Below are positions 24,709 through 38,086 of a DNA stretch of 64,000 nucleotides, one piece after another. The position numbers were made by a program, and so were the translations under genes. Positions within the stretch are counted from its first letter, which is position 1. Each line of letters begins with the position of its first letter. The notes beneath the pieces are model-generated. The model saw only the letters and a list, made by a program, of their open reading frames with translations, was not told where the DNA came from and did no database searches. This stretch comes from Balanoglossus misakiensis (Eukaryota; Animalia; Hemichordata): assembly GCA_040954595.2 (NCBI GenBank), contig CM082589.2, positions 11,978,894 to 12,042,893 on the forward strand, written 5' to 3'.

Positions 24709-27700
24709 GGGATACAGGCGCTCTCTCCCGCTCGCTGCCCCTTATTCCATTAATTAGGGGCAAAAGCCTATCGGGCTTGTGCCCCTATTGGTATTGTTGG
24801 AATTTTTAGGGCCCAAGCGCATGCAGCGCTTGGGCCCTATTGGTATTATCCTGGCTTGGGCCCTACTGTTTTTACTGGAGTTTTTCTTTTTCTTCTTCTG
24901 TCGTTTTTTCGGCCAGCTAGATCTGGAAAACGGCTTAACCTACCAATTTCAAACTTGGCACAATGGTGCAGGCCAATGAGAGCTTGTGCAGTACCCTTGT
25001 GAATGTTTTATTAGTCACGTGACCTGATGACCATATATGGGCAAAATTTTCAAATCGGCCTAATTTGCATATGAATGGAGATATCAAAATTCTGTTAAGA
25101 TACTTTGTGGGCCATATGGCAAGGGTTCTACATGCCAAATGTCAAGGCCATAGGCCATGTCAATTTTGAGAAGAAGATTTTTAAGTATTATTTTTCATAT
25201 TTTTCGCCCAAGCCATGTGCCTATACTTTACATAGTAAAGCTATGACAACATATTATTTTGGATAAATATGCATACATATCTCAAAATCTGTTAGGGCCG
25301 ATCATCTCCAACTTTGGTGTGCAGCTAGCCTAGCATTTGTCAATAATTTTAAGCGAAAAAAAATACTATGAAAATCGACCGATTTTTTTATATTAATTTT
25401 TTTATTAAATTTATACCTTTACTTATACCTCTATGGTTAAGCTATGTCCATGTCTTATTGTGGAATTCTGGTCTGTGCAATAGTCCTGTACAGTGACTGT
25501 CTATTGGTGTGTGAGCACAATGGCACCAAAATAAAAGGCACAATTTTAGGCTCACCTGTAACACCTGCTTAACTCATTTATTATGTGCATACCTAATTCT
25601 GGGCTAACTAAGAGGGCTAGAGGTTTCGTTCTTGTGGGACATGGACCAGTATAGGGTCAAAATTTCTTGCCCAAATTTTGGGTGACCTCAGGTGACCTTT
25701 GACCTACTTTCCTTTATCTCGGCATCCAGAGCAGGTACAGACTTGGCGTTTGGAGGGTTGGGACTAAAATTGAAAAGCCAAATTGGGGGTCACCTGTGAC
25801 ACCTGCATATCTCATTAATTATGTGCATACCTAATTCCAGGGTAACCAATAGGGCTATAGGTTTGGTTTTTGTTGAACATGGACCAGTATAGGGTAAAGA
25901 TTTCTTGCACAATTTTTGCATGACCTCAGGTGACCTTTGACCTACTTTACCAGATCTTGGCATCGAGAGCAGGTACAGACTTTACGTTTGGAGGGTTGGG
26001 ACTAAAATTGAAAAGCCAAAATTGGGGATCACCTGTGACACCTGCCTACCTAATTAATTATGTGCATACCTAATTCCAGGCTAACCAATAGGGCTATAGG
26101 TTTGTTTTTGTTGAACACAGACCAGTATAGGGTCAAAATATCTTGCCCAAATTTTGCATGACCTCAGGTGACCTTTGACCTACTTTACCATATCTTGGCA
26201 TCCAGGGCAGATATGCTTATTGCTATGTTGCTATGTGCTATGTGCTATGTTGGCTTGGGCCCGCTATTGCTGCTTGCAGCTATATTCTTCTACTTCTTTT
26301 TTTTCTTGTGTAGTTTTTTCGGCCAGCTAGATCTGGAAAACGGCTAAACCTACCAATTTCAAACTTGGCACAGTGGTGCAGGCCAATGAGAGCTGGTGCA
26401 GTACCCTTGTGAATGTTTAATTAGTCACGTGACCTGATGACCATATATGGGCAAAATTTTCAAATAGGCCTAATTTGCATATGAATGGAGATATCGAAAT
26501 TCTGTTAAGATACTTTGTGGGCCATATGGCCAGGGTTGTACATGCCAAATGTCAAGGCCATAGGCCATGTCATATTTGAGAAGAAGATTTTTAAGTATTA
26601 TTTTTCATATTTTTCGCCCAAGCCATCGGCGTATACTTTACATAGTAAAGCTATGACCACATATTACTTTGGATAAATATGCATACATATCTCAAAATCT
26701 GTTAGGCCGATCATCTCCAACTTTGGTGTGCAGCTAGCCTAGCATTTGTCAATAATTTTTAGCGAAATAAAATAATATGAAAAATCGACTGATTTTTTTA
26801 TATTAATTTCTTTATTAAATTTATACCTTTACTTATACTATACCTCTATGGTTAAGGTATGTCCATGTCTTATTGTGGAATTCTGGTCTGTGCAATAGTC
26901 CTGTACAGTGACTGTCTATTGGTCAGTGAGCACAATGGCACCAAAATAAAAGGCAAAATTTTAGGCTCACCTGTAACACCTGCTTAACTCATTAATTATG
27001 TGCATACCTAATTATGGGCTAACTAAGAGGGCTAGAGGTTTCGTTCTTGTGGGACATGGACCAGTATAGGGTCAAAATTTCTTGCCCAAATTGTGGGTGA
27101 CCTCAGGTGACCTTTGACCTACTTTCCTATATCTCGGCATACAGAGCAGGTACAGACTTGGCGTTTGGAGGGTTGGGACTAAAGTTGAAAAGCCAAAATG
27201 GGGGTCACCTGTGACACCTGCATATCTCATTAATTATGTGCAAACCTAATTCCAGGCTAACCAATAGGGCTATAGGTTTGGTTTTTGTTGAACATGGACC
27301 AGTATAGGGTCAACATTTCTTGCCCAAAATTTGTATGACCTCAGGTGACCTTTGACCTACTTTACCAGATCTTGGCATCCAGAGCAGGTACAGACTTGGC
27401 GTTTGGAGGGTTTGGACTAAAATTGAAAAGGCAAAATTGGGGGTCACCTGTGACACCGGCCTACCTCATTAATTATGTGCATACCTAATTCCAGGCTAAC
27501 CAATAGGGCTATAGGTTTGGTTTTTGTTGAACATGGACCAGTATAGGGTCAAAATTTCTTGCCCAAATTTTGCATTAACTCAGGTGACCTTTGACCTACT
27601 TTCCCATATCTTGGCATCCAGAGCTGATATGCTTATTGCTATGTTGCTATGTGCTATGTTGGCTTGGGCCCGCTATTGCTGCTTGCAGCTATATTTCTTT

Positions 27701-29255
27701 ATTCTTCTTCTTCTTCTCCAAAAATCGGCCAGGTAGATCTGGAAAACGGCAGCACCTAGGGGGCTGAAACTTGGTAGGGTGATAGGGGCCAATGAGTAGA
27801 CGTGCAGTGGCTCGTGAATATTTAATTAATCACGTGACCTGGCGGCCATATTGGATTTCCTGAAAATCGTTAAACGAGTCCTTCTCAAAAACCACTGGGC
27901 CGATCGAGTTCAAATTTGGTGTGCAGGTAGCCTACTTTCTGTCCATCATTTTACCCTATTGAAATCATGACGTCATACATAAAGTTTTTTTGCTACAATT
28001 GTTTTTCTGAAAAACTACTTAAAACTTTCAAAATCTTCTTCTCCAGAACCAGCGGTTACCGAGTCTCGGGATTTGGGATATGTGGTCACCTAACCTATGT
28101 CTATCAAGTTTGCGAAGCGCACTGTGATTGGTCGATCACTATGGCGGCCATGTTGGATTTTCGGAAAACCATTGAAAAGTGATAATTCCGTTTTGTAGCC
28201 AAAATGTTGACAGAATGGAAATTCTTTTTTTGGATATGAGTCATCATATGACCGGAAGTTGTCACAATTTTTCAGGGCAATTTTCACATGACCTTTGACC
28301 CAGTTTTAAAACAACTAATTATATATGCATATTCCCCATACCTCCTCTTGTCAAAGCACCACAGTCATGAATTTTGTGGACATGGGTACCAATGCTGCCA
28401 GGACATGACACAAATATTTTGGTAATTTTGACAATGACCTTTGACCTATTTCTGAAGCATCATTTTTCTGCATATCTAATTCCATGCTACCCAATAGGGC
28501 TAGAGGTCTGGTATTGGTTGGACATGGCCCACTCTTGGGTCAAAAGTTTATGCCCAAATTTTAGGTGACCTTGGATGACCTTTGATCTACTTTCCCATAT
28601 CTCAGCATCCATAGCAGTTAGAGTCCTGGTTTTGGGGGGCCGATGGAGCACATATGGAGTTTTACACAAGAACTCATTAATTATGCGCATACCTAATTCT
28701 AGGCGAACCAATTGAGTTAGGGGTCTGGTTTTTGTTGGACCTAGACTAGTATGGGGTCCAATTTTTTGCCAAAATTTGGGGTGACCTCAGGTGACCTTTG
28801 ACCTACTTTCCCATATCTTGGTATCCCCAGCAGATACAGTCGTGGCATTTGCTGGTCACCATTGGAACCGCTTGTGCCCCGCCAACGCTGCTTGCAGCTT
28901 TAATTATATTTGTTACAAGACACTATTTATGTTATTCTACCTGTGGATATATAGTGAATCAACATTCAACCACACACAAAGTATACAACCCTGCAATGCC
29001 CCCAGAAAGTAGATAAAAAGTAACATATATACTGCTTGTGGACATGAGTGAAAAAACTCGCCAAAATGAATAATCAGTCTCTACCATTTATTCGTTTTGG
29101 GTGAGTTTTTACTCCCATATCATACAAGCGGGATGGAAGTTGTGTATGGTTGAACGTTCATTCACTACATATACACATGTACATTAACATAAACAGTGTC
29201 TTGTATCAAACATTATTAATGGAAAAATGGGCAGCGAGAGAGAGACTTTGTCCCT
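24709..29255. mobile_element. Kolobok/T2-like MITE interrupted by a 4.1-kb nested insertion
   Basis: Same family as 12206-12550; the counterpart at 55417-55939 lacks the insert at the TAATTA site. Confidence 0.85.
24757..28900 (+). mobile_element. Nested Helentron-associated non-autonomous elements (HINE/DINE-like)
   Basis: 5' hairpins GGGGCAAAAGC..GCTTGTGCCCC and GGGCCCAAGC..GCTTGGGCCC; TTC-rich tract; three 3' ends of subTIR plus stem-loop GCTGCTTGCAGC at about 26280, 27689, 28898; internal about 238-bp subrepeats. Confidence 0.75.
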
Positions 29256-32200
29256 TTAATAGAGAGGTGTCCTTAATAGAAATGTGCATGTAATATTCTA
29301 TTCAAGCCATTACTTTTGTCTTGAACAATCTATCCTTAAAGGGGAAATCCGGTCCAGGTAATTTCTACATAATTTGGTAGCTTTGAGGTCACTCTTTCAG
29401 AAAAAAAAATATTCGTCATGTATAAGTCGTCAGATTTTTTTACAAAATCGAGGGAAAGTTGGCAGAATTTCTAATATGGCGTTTACTGTAATTTGAATCA
29501 TGGGAAAAAAAGCACCAGGACCAACTTCCACCCACCTTGGTGTGGGTGATACCATTTTCCAATGGGTGTAACTGCGTGACTGCTTGGGTATCTGTTGCTA
29601 AGCAAATATTTGAAATCATAAAATCCAGATTCTAAAGTTCAAAGGACAAATATACAACATGTTTACATGGCCATTGATAACCAATTCATCATATTGTGGT
29701 GATGTAGAACACCTTTTTTGTGGTTGTTAAAATTTTATTACCCTAAATCGGTACTTCCGTAAAATGGTTGTAATATTTTTATTAATATTTATTACACATC
29801 ACATATTATTATTCGCTCTTGGTTGGCTAATACTAAATATGCCAGAACTTCATGACCTCTGCACACGATCTGATGCTTACAGAAGTTATTTCGCGAGTGA
29901 TGCAGTGTATTCTGTTGCAGTACTTGCACAAGCCAAGCCTATTATTCCCCATCATTTCAATGCCTGGCCAATGAATTACACATCCTCCTGAAAATTGTTG
30001 GAAGGTGGGCAATCAGTTTCCATGGTTAAATCCTGGATGAAACACTGGTACAGGTTCAAGACAAGTTTCGTGACATTGTGTGAATCCACAGCAGAATTTT
30101 ACATCAACTCTATAATCCTCCATTTTTGTAATGATTGTGTTTCAGAAAAATCTGTGTCTAGTGGTGATACGAAAGAGGATGCCATAGTGAAACCTACAAC
30201 CATAGCAACCACTACAACCACTACCACAACACATCCACGGAAACCTGCATCAACAGTTACCATGGTTACAGGGCCTACCTCTGGTATGACCTCAAATCCT
30301 CTAAAATCAACTGTTGGAAGATCATCTCCAGGTAAAGTCTCCAGTGTTGCTTCCCAGCCATTGTCAAATTAAGTCCGCACATAATTACACCTCCAAGTGA
30401 AGTGTGATATATAGTAGAATTATGTAAAGCTGCTCTGCAAAGGTATGTTTATTTCAGGCAGGGGCACCTCCTGAAAAAAACATCACTTAGCCTCATGGGC
30501 TTTAATCAGATATATCCTAAGTTGTAACAAGTGGGAAGCACTTATAGGCTGACCAAGTCAAATCAAGTTGCAGGTTTTAATGACTTTCCCAGGCTCTGGT
30601 TATTTTAATTACCCAAGTTATAATTACTTATCACCCAATACTCATGCAGTCTGATTTACTCTGTCAAAGTACCCTATGGGATATCCATGACAGATTGCAA
30701 CAAATCCAGATTTGGTAGTTAAGTGTGGTATACCCATGGTAGCTTACTGTGTATGAAAACCATGAGAAAGATTACTATGATTCAGTTACGCCATCTTGTA
30801 TTTGTATATGCCTTGAGTAGCATCTGTCACATGTCACCTGGACAACCAAGTCAAATTGGAAGTCAGTCTCCACAAAAACTGTCGTCCTCTCAACAGAAAC
30901 TGACTCAACCAAGTCAGCCCCAGATGCAGGGCCAAGTTCAAAGGACATCAATGCCTTCTGCCCAGCCTACCGCTTTTCCAAACCAACCAGTATCCACTGT
31001 CACAGCAAGCAGGACACAACCCAATGTGACTGTTTCAAGTATCTCCATGAGACAATTTTCATCCACCCAGGTACACTTGTGGTCTATCTTCTACTTAATG
31101 AGATTTAAATTAGCTGTTTCTAGTTACCCATCCTGTGAATTGAAAGCTTTTTTTGACTGTTTCACATAGCCTGTTCTTACCATTGCCTTTAAAGTAGACT
31201 ATTTTTTTCAAAACACATTCAAAACTTCTGTTTTGGTTGCTAGAAGCCCACTCTGTCAATGCAAAGACTTATTTGGATAATGCCACAGACTCAGAGATCA
31301 ATTCCAATTTTAATGAGATTAATGTGAAAAGCCTAAACCCAATCCTGTCCAAATGTCTGTGTGTGTGTTGGAAATGGGACTTCAAGAGTTGCAAGTTCAA
31401 CATCGAATTAAAAATTGGAAGTCATGAATTAAACATGGTGGTTTGAATACTGGCCTTGATAATGCTCCATACTAACTAGGTTTGTTACTCTTTTTGGACA
31501 GGCAATTTCACCACCAAAGATGACTTCCCAGCAGGCACCAGCTGCTGCACTGAAAGCCGTAGAAGGTGTCATGCAAATGGCAAATGCTAGTCAGTTCAGT
31601 AAGACTCCACCAATTGCTGATGTGAATCCTATCAACTCCAAGCCCTAGAGATGGTCAGGTACTGATTCACAGCCACAAAGAGGTAGGTACAGTCAAACCT
31701 GTCTATACTGGCCAGTCAAGGGACTTTCCTAAACTGGCATTTATAGACAGGGGGCTTCGATAGACGGGTCAATTAATGTGCAATGTACATGTACATGAAT
31801 TGAAACAAAGTGGCCACTATATAGTGGTGGAAACAAACACAGATTTGACTGTCAAATATGTTATGTTGCCACTGCAGTCATTTCGATTGGTTTGATTATA
31901 CTTTGCCAAAACCTGAGGAAAAAAATATTCAAGTTCCCCTTTTCATATTCTCCTATCAAAGGTATAATACGCCAATGTCATGGTAAAATTTTGGTGACAT
32001 TTTCTGCTAACTGCTAAAGGCAAATTAACATTTGTTTGTTTTTCAGTATTTTTCACTGAAGGAATTAACCCTAGTTTCTTGTTCAGCTCTGGATAGCTTT
32101 ATGAAATGTTCAGTCTTTAGCTTTTCAACAGAACTTGTACATGAGTAATGGGCATTGTGTATATTAAATGAACTCAGACTAGAATTTATTTTTCAACAAT

Positions 32201-32482
32201 AACAATGTTGAACAATATGTAGAACACCATTGTTTGAAAACCAAACTCTGAGTACCTTGATCGTGCCATCTGTTCGACCGTGTCATTAGTTCGACCTTCC
32301 ACTATTCTTTCGATAATTAATTATTTTATAACCTCGAAGTGTTGGACCAGTGCGTAATTGCCTACTGTGAATTTCCAGCCATTTGTTTCTGGTTGAATTA
32401 TTGGCGTGATTACGGTAATTCTTAATGTTTTACAGAGTAGAATAAGACATCACGGCTGATATCCAAAGTTAATGTTGGAGTT

Positions 32483-34632
32483 ATTTAAGCAATAAAACAC
32501 TCCCAGCCATGGTATATCACGAGATTTTGACCAGTTCATGACATATACGCACGAGTGATAGCGAGTGCGTATATGGAGTTGAACTGGTCAAAATCGAGTG
32601 GTATACCATGGCCGGGGGTGTTTTATTGCTATTATATCATGCCAGTATATTGAAACTTTGCATAAAACATTTTAAAAAGGCATTTTCTTTGACTATGATA
32701 AATAACTGTGGTATATGACTAATATATCACAGTCACGTGTCGTGTCTCGACCAATAAAATAGCGTGATTTACACCATCAATATACTGGTATACTATAATA
32801 ACGATTTAATACTACTCTGTTTACTTATGCAGTCATCGATGCAAACAGGAGTGCAGTCAACACAACCGACAGTACCTAATGTGAGCTGCAGCAAGAATCC
32901 ACCTGTCACCACTGGCACCAATGTTGTTCGAACTCTGACACAGCCACAAGTACATGTACAAAACCAGTCATTGGTATGTTATGTTATGAACTGAGTTATA
33001 ATACCCATCTATCCCTTTTGCCTGGCAAGTGACATTTTATCACTTTTCAGTATTTTAATAGAACTGCATTTGTATAATTTGTTACCTAACATGACATCAG
33101 AAGATGGCAGCTTGATGTCTTAACTGAGGACATTGGATGACCAGTAGATAAAGATTTTCTTTGATATCAATGACATCAGACGCAGTTCCATTGGCATTCA
33201 AATTTCCAGCTAACGGGGAATTTCAGCAATGTGGTGCAAATGACGACTGTGCAGACGAATGCCAAGATGCTGTTGAGGCACCATGACTGATACATGTTAC
33301 CTGTCTGGTGGTTCTAAAGTATAAACACATATGGAAAAATATTATACGGGATACCACAATATTGTTTTCCCATTACCTGGAAATGACAATGCTTAGTGTC
33401 ACATGGCCAGATCATGTGATTGATATTTAATCAATAACCCCCACTGAAGGCGGGTATACGCGATATTTTGGTACAATTCGAGACATATAGCACGAGCCGT
33501 CAGGCGAGTGCTATATGGAGGAAATTGTACCCAAATCAAATGTATACCCGACTGAGGCGGGGGTTATTGCCATTATATTATATCAACAATTGTTTTTGTG
33601 GCATATCAGTGTCATTTTCTTACCGAAACTGAAATTACGATCGTGAACCAACATGGCGACGATGAATGTAAACACGAGCGGCCGGGATCGAGCATTAAAC
33701 ATGAAGCAGACGACAAAAAGTGACAAGACGGGCATCGCGCGTGACAAAGTGACAAATATTTTCACAGAGCAGTTCCAAAATGAAACATCTGTTCATTCAA
33801 CAGTATTTTTGTTTTATTTATTTGATTTAAACACGCGCGACTGTGGTTTAACCGCACATTTTTGCTGCCATATGCTAGTTCAGCAGTGCATTATTGAGTA
33901 TTATATTATACCAGTATATTGATGGTGTAAATCACGCTATTTGATTGGTCGAGACACGACACGTGACCGTGATATATTAGCCATATACCACAGTCATATA
34001 TCATAGTCAAAGAAAATGCCTTTTTAAAATGTTTTATGCAAAGTTTCAATATAACGGCATAATATAATAGCAATAAAACACCCCCAGCCATGGTATACCA
34101 CGAGATTTTGATCAGTTCAACTCCATATACGAACTCGCTATCGCTCGTGCGTATATGTTGTGAACTGGTCAAAATCTCGTGGTATACCATGGCTGGGGGT
34201 GTTTTATTGCTTAATTTTAGCATCGCTGGATTGAGCTCTCATCCAATCAGAATTGTGGACGGTAGCATGATATAATATAATACAGAATTATTTACAGTCA
34301 TGATTTGTATGTGTTATTTAAGCAATAAAACACCCCCAGCCATGGTATATCACGAGATTTTGACCAGTTCACGACATATACGCACGAGCGATAGCGAGTG
34401 CGTATATGAAGTTGAACTGGTCAAAATCGAGTGGTATACCATGGCTGGGGGTGTTTTATTGCTATTATATTATGCCAGTATATTGAAACTTTGCATAAAA
34501 CATTTTAAAAAGGCATTTTCTTTAACTATGATATATGACTGTGGTATATGGCTAATATATCACGGTCACGTGTCGTGTCTCGACCAATCAAATAGCGTGA
34601 TTTACACCATCAATATACTGGTATAATATAAT
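32483..34632. mobile_element. Cluster of four short asymmetric hairpin elements (about 32483-32797 +, 33423-33900 +, 33899-34215 -, 34316-34632 +), possibly Crypton-type non-autonomous
   Basis: TTAAGCAATAAAACACCCCCAGCCATGG...CCATGGCTGGGGGTGTTTTATTGCT long palindrome with central GCACGAGCGATAGCGAGTGC, then a unique tail; the class is an inference. Confidence 0.7.
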
Positions 34633-35551
34633 ACAGGATAATACCAGTACTTCACTACCAATGGATCTGGACATACCAGTGCCCTCTACAGCTCAAGTGC
34701 ATCAAGTTGACTCACCAGCAGCAAGTTGATCCACAACAACAAAAACAACAACAACAACAACAGCAGAAAAGTGTTGTTTGGCACGGAGCCTTGGAATGGC
34801 AAGAGGTGTGTACAGCTCACATACAAATAACTAATTAAAACAATTGACTGTAGGTCAATGGGGTTATTGTGGTTGGATCATGTTGGATAGTGAGCATTTT
34901 TCGATAAACGATTTGATTTTTAGGGTGCTTCCAGATGTATCTTTGGAGGGTACACATTACACAAATTATGAGCTTGGCTGAACAACGTGTGGTAGTACCC
35001 ATCAAGGAAGTACACAGATTGGTCTTTCATCCAGAGGCACACAGTGTACATGCAATGCAATCATTTCCCTTTGTATGTCTTAACAAAGCAACCTTATACC
35101 ACAGAAGCAGATTTAGATAAAAAATTTCATCTGGGTGATAAACTATATAAGTCCACTGTTACTTGGGATTTGAAACTCAATGATAATTTTGTTAGTGACA
35201 TTCTCGTGTTGGATGACCTACAACACTTTGTATTCATTAATTCATTGCATAAGTAGAGGTGAAATATTTAAATACATGTAATAACACATGTTAGCGAGGG
35301 CAATATCATGATCTTTGGCCTGCACAAGGGATGGTGATTGGAGTCAATTTTTTCCCCACATCAATCACTTGGTGCCATGTTTCAAAACTCACGCACTGTG
35401 GAGTTCCAGTTTATGAATAACAGCCAGGAAGCATACATATCTCTCTTCAGAATAATGTCTGGAGGATTTGTAAGTATTATCTTATAATTGCACTGTAAAA
35501 TTAAAGGATCATGTCAATTGTACTGCCATGCACCTGCAACTGACCCTCCAG

Positions 35552-35674
35552 ATATGAATGAATGTCACAGTGGTGGAAATGCATGTCAACACTGTTGTAT
35601 GAATACCCATGGTAGTTATCTCTGCGCTTGCAGACCAGGATTCTATCTGCTGGAAGATGGCCATGCATGTGGCG
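35552..35674 (+). pseudogene. Calcium-binding EGF-like domain exon, phase 1-1, 123 bp, open
   Basis: DMNECHSGGNACQHCCMNTHGSYLCACRPGFYLLEDGHACG with AG/GT ends. Confidence 0.88.
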
Positions 35675-35835
35675 GTATGTAACTGTGGATTTTGGTCTCT
35701 TCTGTGGCTACATTGTTTGGGGATTGTATATTGCTATGGTTACAATCAGCTAAACATTGGTCTCTTCTGTGGCTACATTGTTTGGGGATTGTATATTGCT
35801 ATGGTTACAATCAGCTAAACATTGGTCTCTTCTGT

Positions 35836-36584
35836 AGTGCCTTTCTCACGTGCCGTCAACGCTGCCCCAGCGGCTGCCCTAGGGCGGCGTTAATTTGTAA
35901 GTGCCACGTGTGAAAAGGTGAGAGCAGCCCTGCGCCGCTCTTTTTTTGTGACGGTGTTGAGGGGTGGGACCTGGGTCGGGGCGCCGCACTAAACAGCGAT
36001 TCAAATCACGTGTGAACAGAAACACCGCACTAAACGCCGATCTAAACGCACTCTGCCGACGCGGTTTGTCTCATTAAGCGCTGCATTAAGCGTTGAGGTT
36101 CACTTTACTAAAACAATGGCCGAAGCAGTGTCTCGAGGCAACAATTGGAGTGACACGGAAATGGCCAAGGCACATACAAAGGAATTGCAAACTCGACCTC
36201 CGACGACGATTTAGTAGCATGGACTGCAGTCTTCCAGGCGCAACCTCCAATGAAAGGTTACCATAAACCGGTATCGGTTCATTCAAATGCCCATAAAATC
36301 GGCGTCGGCGACGTTTAAAAAGCAAATTCAGGAGTACCATATACAGTAGCTCTGGACTTATACGCTGTTTGGGTATAAGTCCAGAGCTACATATACAGTA
36401 AACACATCACTGAATCCGCCATTGCGACCTTTAGCCACGCTGCTGTGGACGCATTGAGTGCGGTGATCCCGTCCCTTTTATACACATGTGAATGCAAAAC
36501 TATTTGAGTCGCTGATAAGAAATGTTTACCAACTTTTATAATCCCAAAAAGGGCACCCTAATCATTGCACGTGTGCAAGCGACT
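35836..36584 (+). mobile_element. Harbinger-like non-autonomous element, 3-bp TSD TGT, copy 1 only
   Basis: TGT|AGTGCCTTTCTCACGTGC ... GCACGTGTGCAAGCGACT|TGT; empty site CTTCTGTGGCTACACTG at about 62881. Confidence 0.8.
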
Positions 36585-37577
36585 TGTGGCTACACTGTTT
36601 GGGGATTGCATATTGCTATGGTTACAATCAGCTAAACACACATCCTGTCTATCCATTGCACACATTTTAAAATTTGAAATCAACCGCACACTCGTACTGA
36701 ACACATGTTTGTTGAAATTGTATCTTAGAATTTTTCCAATTATAATTATGCATAATATAAACAAATTAACAAATGTGAAAACTTATCTTTGAAAATGTGT
36801 TTGCAAGGGTGAAGAAGTAATCTGTATTTTAAAAATCAGACAAAGTTTTGCTGACAGGGTACACAAGTTTCAGGGGATTTTGGAGAGAGTGTTAAAATTC
36901 CTAGGAAGAGATTGCCATGGATATTGAGGACTTTGGTGTAAACACAATTAATTGATCAAGAAATATGTGGTTAAGAATATGTGTCATCAACCTCACACGA
37001 CACTATAAGACTGTCTGATATATTCATGTACAAGTATTTTCACTACTTATTTGCATAATTCAATGGAATTAACATAAATTATCAACCTATAGCTAAGTAA
37101 ATTACCTCTGCAAAGAATAAATATATACTTAGAAAATTCATATAGTTTTCATCTCATTACAAAATGCTTCTCTGAGGGTACAGTAATTTTTAACGGGTAT
37201 ATTCTTGATAACTCATCACCGTGAATGATCATTTCAAAACTTAACAAGGCATATGGCTAAAGAGGATTCAGTGTTTGTGCACCTTCTATCCACAATGCTG
37301 GATCTATTGACAGTTTTCAAAGGGGTTTTTAAGACTCGTCCTTTTATTCAGCACTATTTCATTCCATTGCTTTTTTGGTTTATAGGGATTGTCTTTCAGA
37401 ACTGTTTCTGTTTGTTTGGGGGTTTTAAGTGTAATTGTTATCCTTTAAGCATTCACTTGTTTTCTAATTTTATTATTTTCTGTAGAAAATGCACTGAGAT
37501 GTATGTGTATTACTTTTGTTAGGAAATAAATAATAATAAATTTATTAATAATAACTACCTTTGATTTCAGATTTCAG

Positions 37578-37698
37578 ATTTTTCTCAATGAATATATGGA
37601 GAGAGCAGATCTTTGTGGAGGCCAGTGTGTGAATACAGCAGGGTCTTTTTATTGCACTTGTGCTGTGGCATATTGATTGGTCAATGGAGAGTGTACAG
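37578..37698 (+). pseudogene. Degenerate calcium-binding EGF exon
   Basis: LNEYMERADLCGGQCVNTAGSFYCTCAVAY*LVNGECT; first Cys lost, in-frame stop, donor CAG|GTAAGA. Confidence 0.8.
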
Positions 37699-37713
37699 GT
37701 AAGATCAACACAA

Positions 37714-38086
37714 TATAGAAATAATGCACAACGCCCTGACCATTAACGTTTGTTTTTGGGCAAGGGCGAGGGGAAAGCCCAAAATTCATGGGCAAGGCTT
37801 CTGAGCCCATGAAATTTGGCTTTCCTAGAGCCCGAGCCCTATATTTATTTCCATTACATTACCAACAATCTCTTGAAAACCATCAATATTTATGAAAATG
37901 TCCCACACACAAGACTAGGGGCCCCAGAACTTGTGTTATGCAAAATGTTGTGTTCACTGAACTATTTGCTAATATTACTATTCAGATTTACGGGCATGTA
38001 AACAAACCATTACTGGGTATTTGTGGTCAGTGATGTCGTTCATCTTGCCCAATTAAAATGCGACGCACAGACCATGGTAATATAAT
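37714..38086. mobile_element. Short asymmetric hairpin element
   Basis: GGGAAAGCCCAAAATTCATGGGC..GCCCATGAAATTTGGCTTTCC stem followed by a unique tail. Confidence 0.5.

Larger units (their letters stand above)
24410..34805 (+). pseudogene. MED25: Partial, frameshifted MED25 (Mediator subunit 25) exon set, copy 1: 24410-24508, 30146-30331, 30821-31070, 31502-31682, 32833-32973, 34637-34805
   Basis: Exon 1 [30 protein letters not shown] resembles the MED25 VWA segment [30 protein letters not shown]; last exon ends KSVVWHGALEWQE like the ACID domain start (AWSGVLEWQE); S/T/P/Q-rich exons between; all with AG/GT ends; phase clashes, frameshifts and a TAG indicate decay. Confidence 0.85.
23944..37244 (+). 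repeat. Segmental duplication, copy 1
   Basis: Collinear and highly similar to 54920-63557 apart from copy-specific indels; both begin CCTGATCGCATCACCC.GTCACACTTGGCAATGGG. Confidence 0.97.

Noticed and set aside
24410-34805. Functional MED25 gene
   Set aside because: Most of the VWA and ACID domains are absent, exon phases clash, and frameshifts/stop are shared by both copies.
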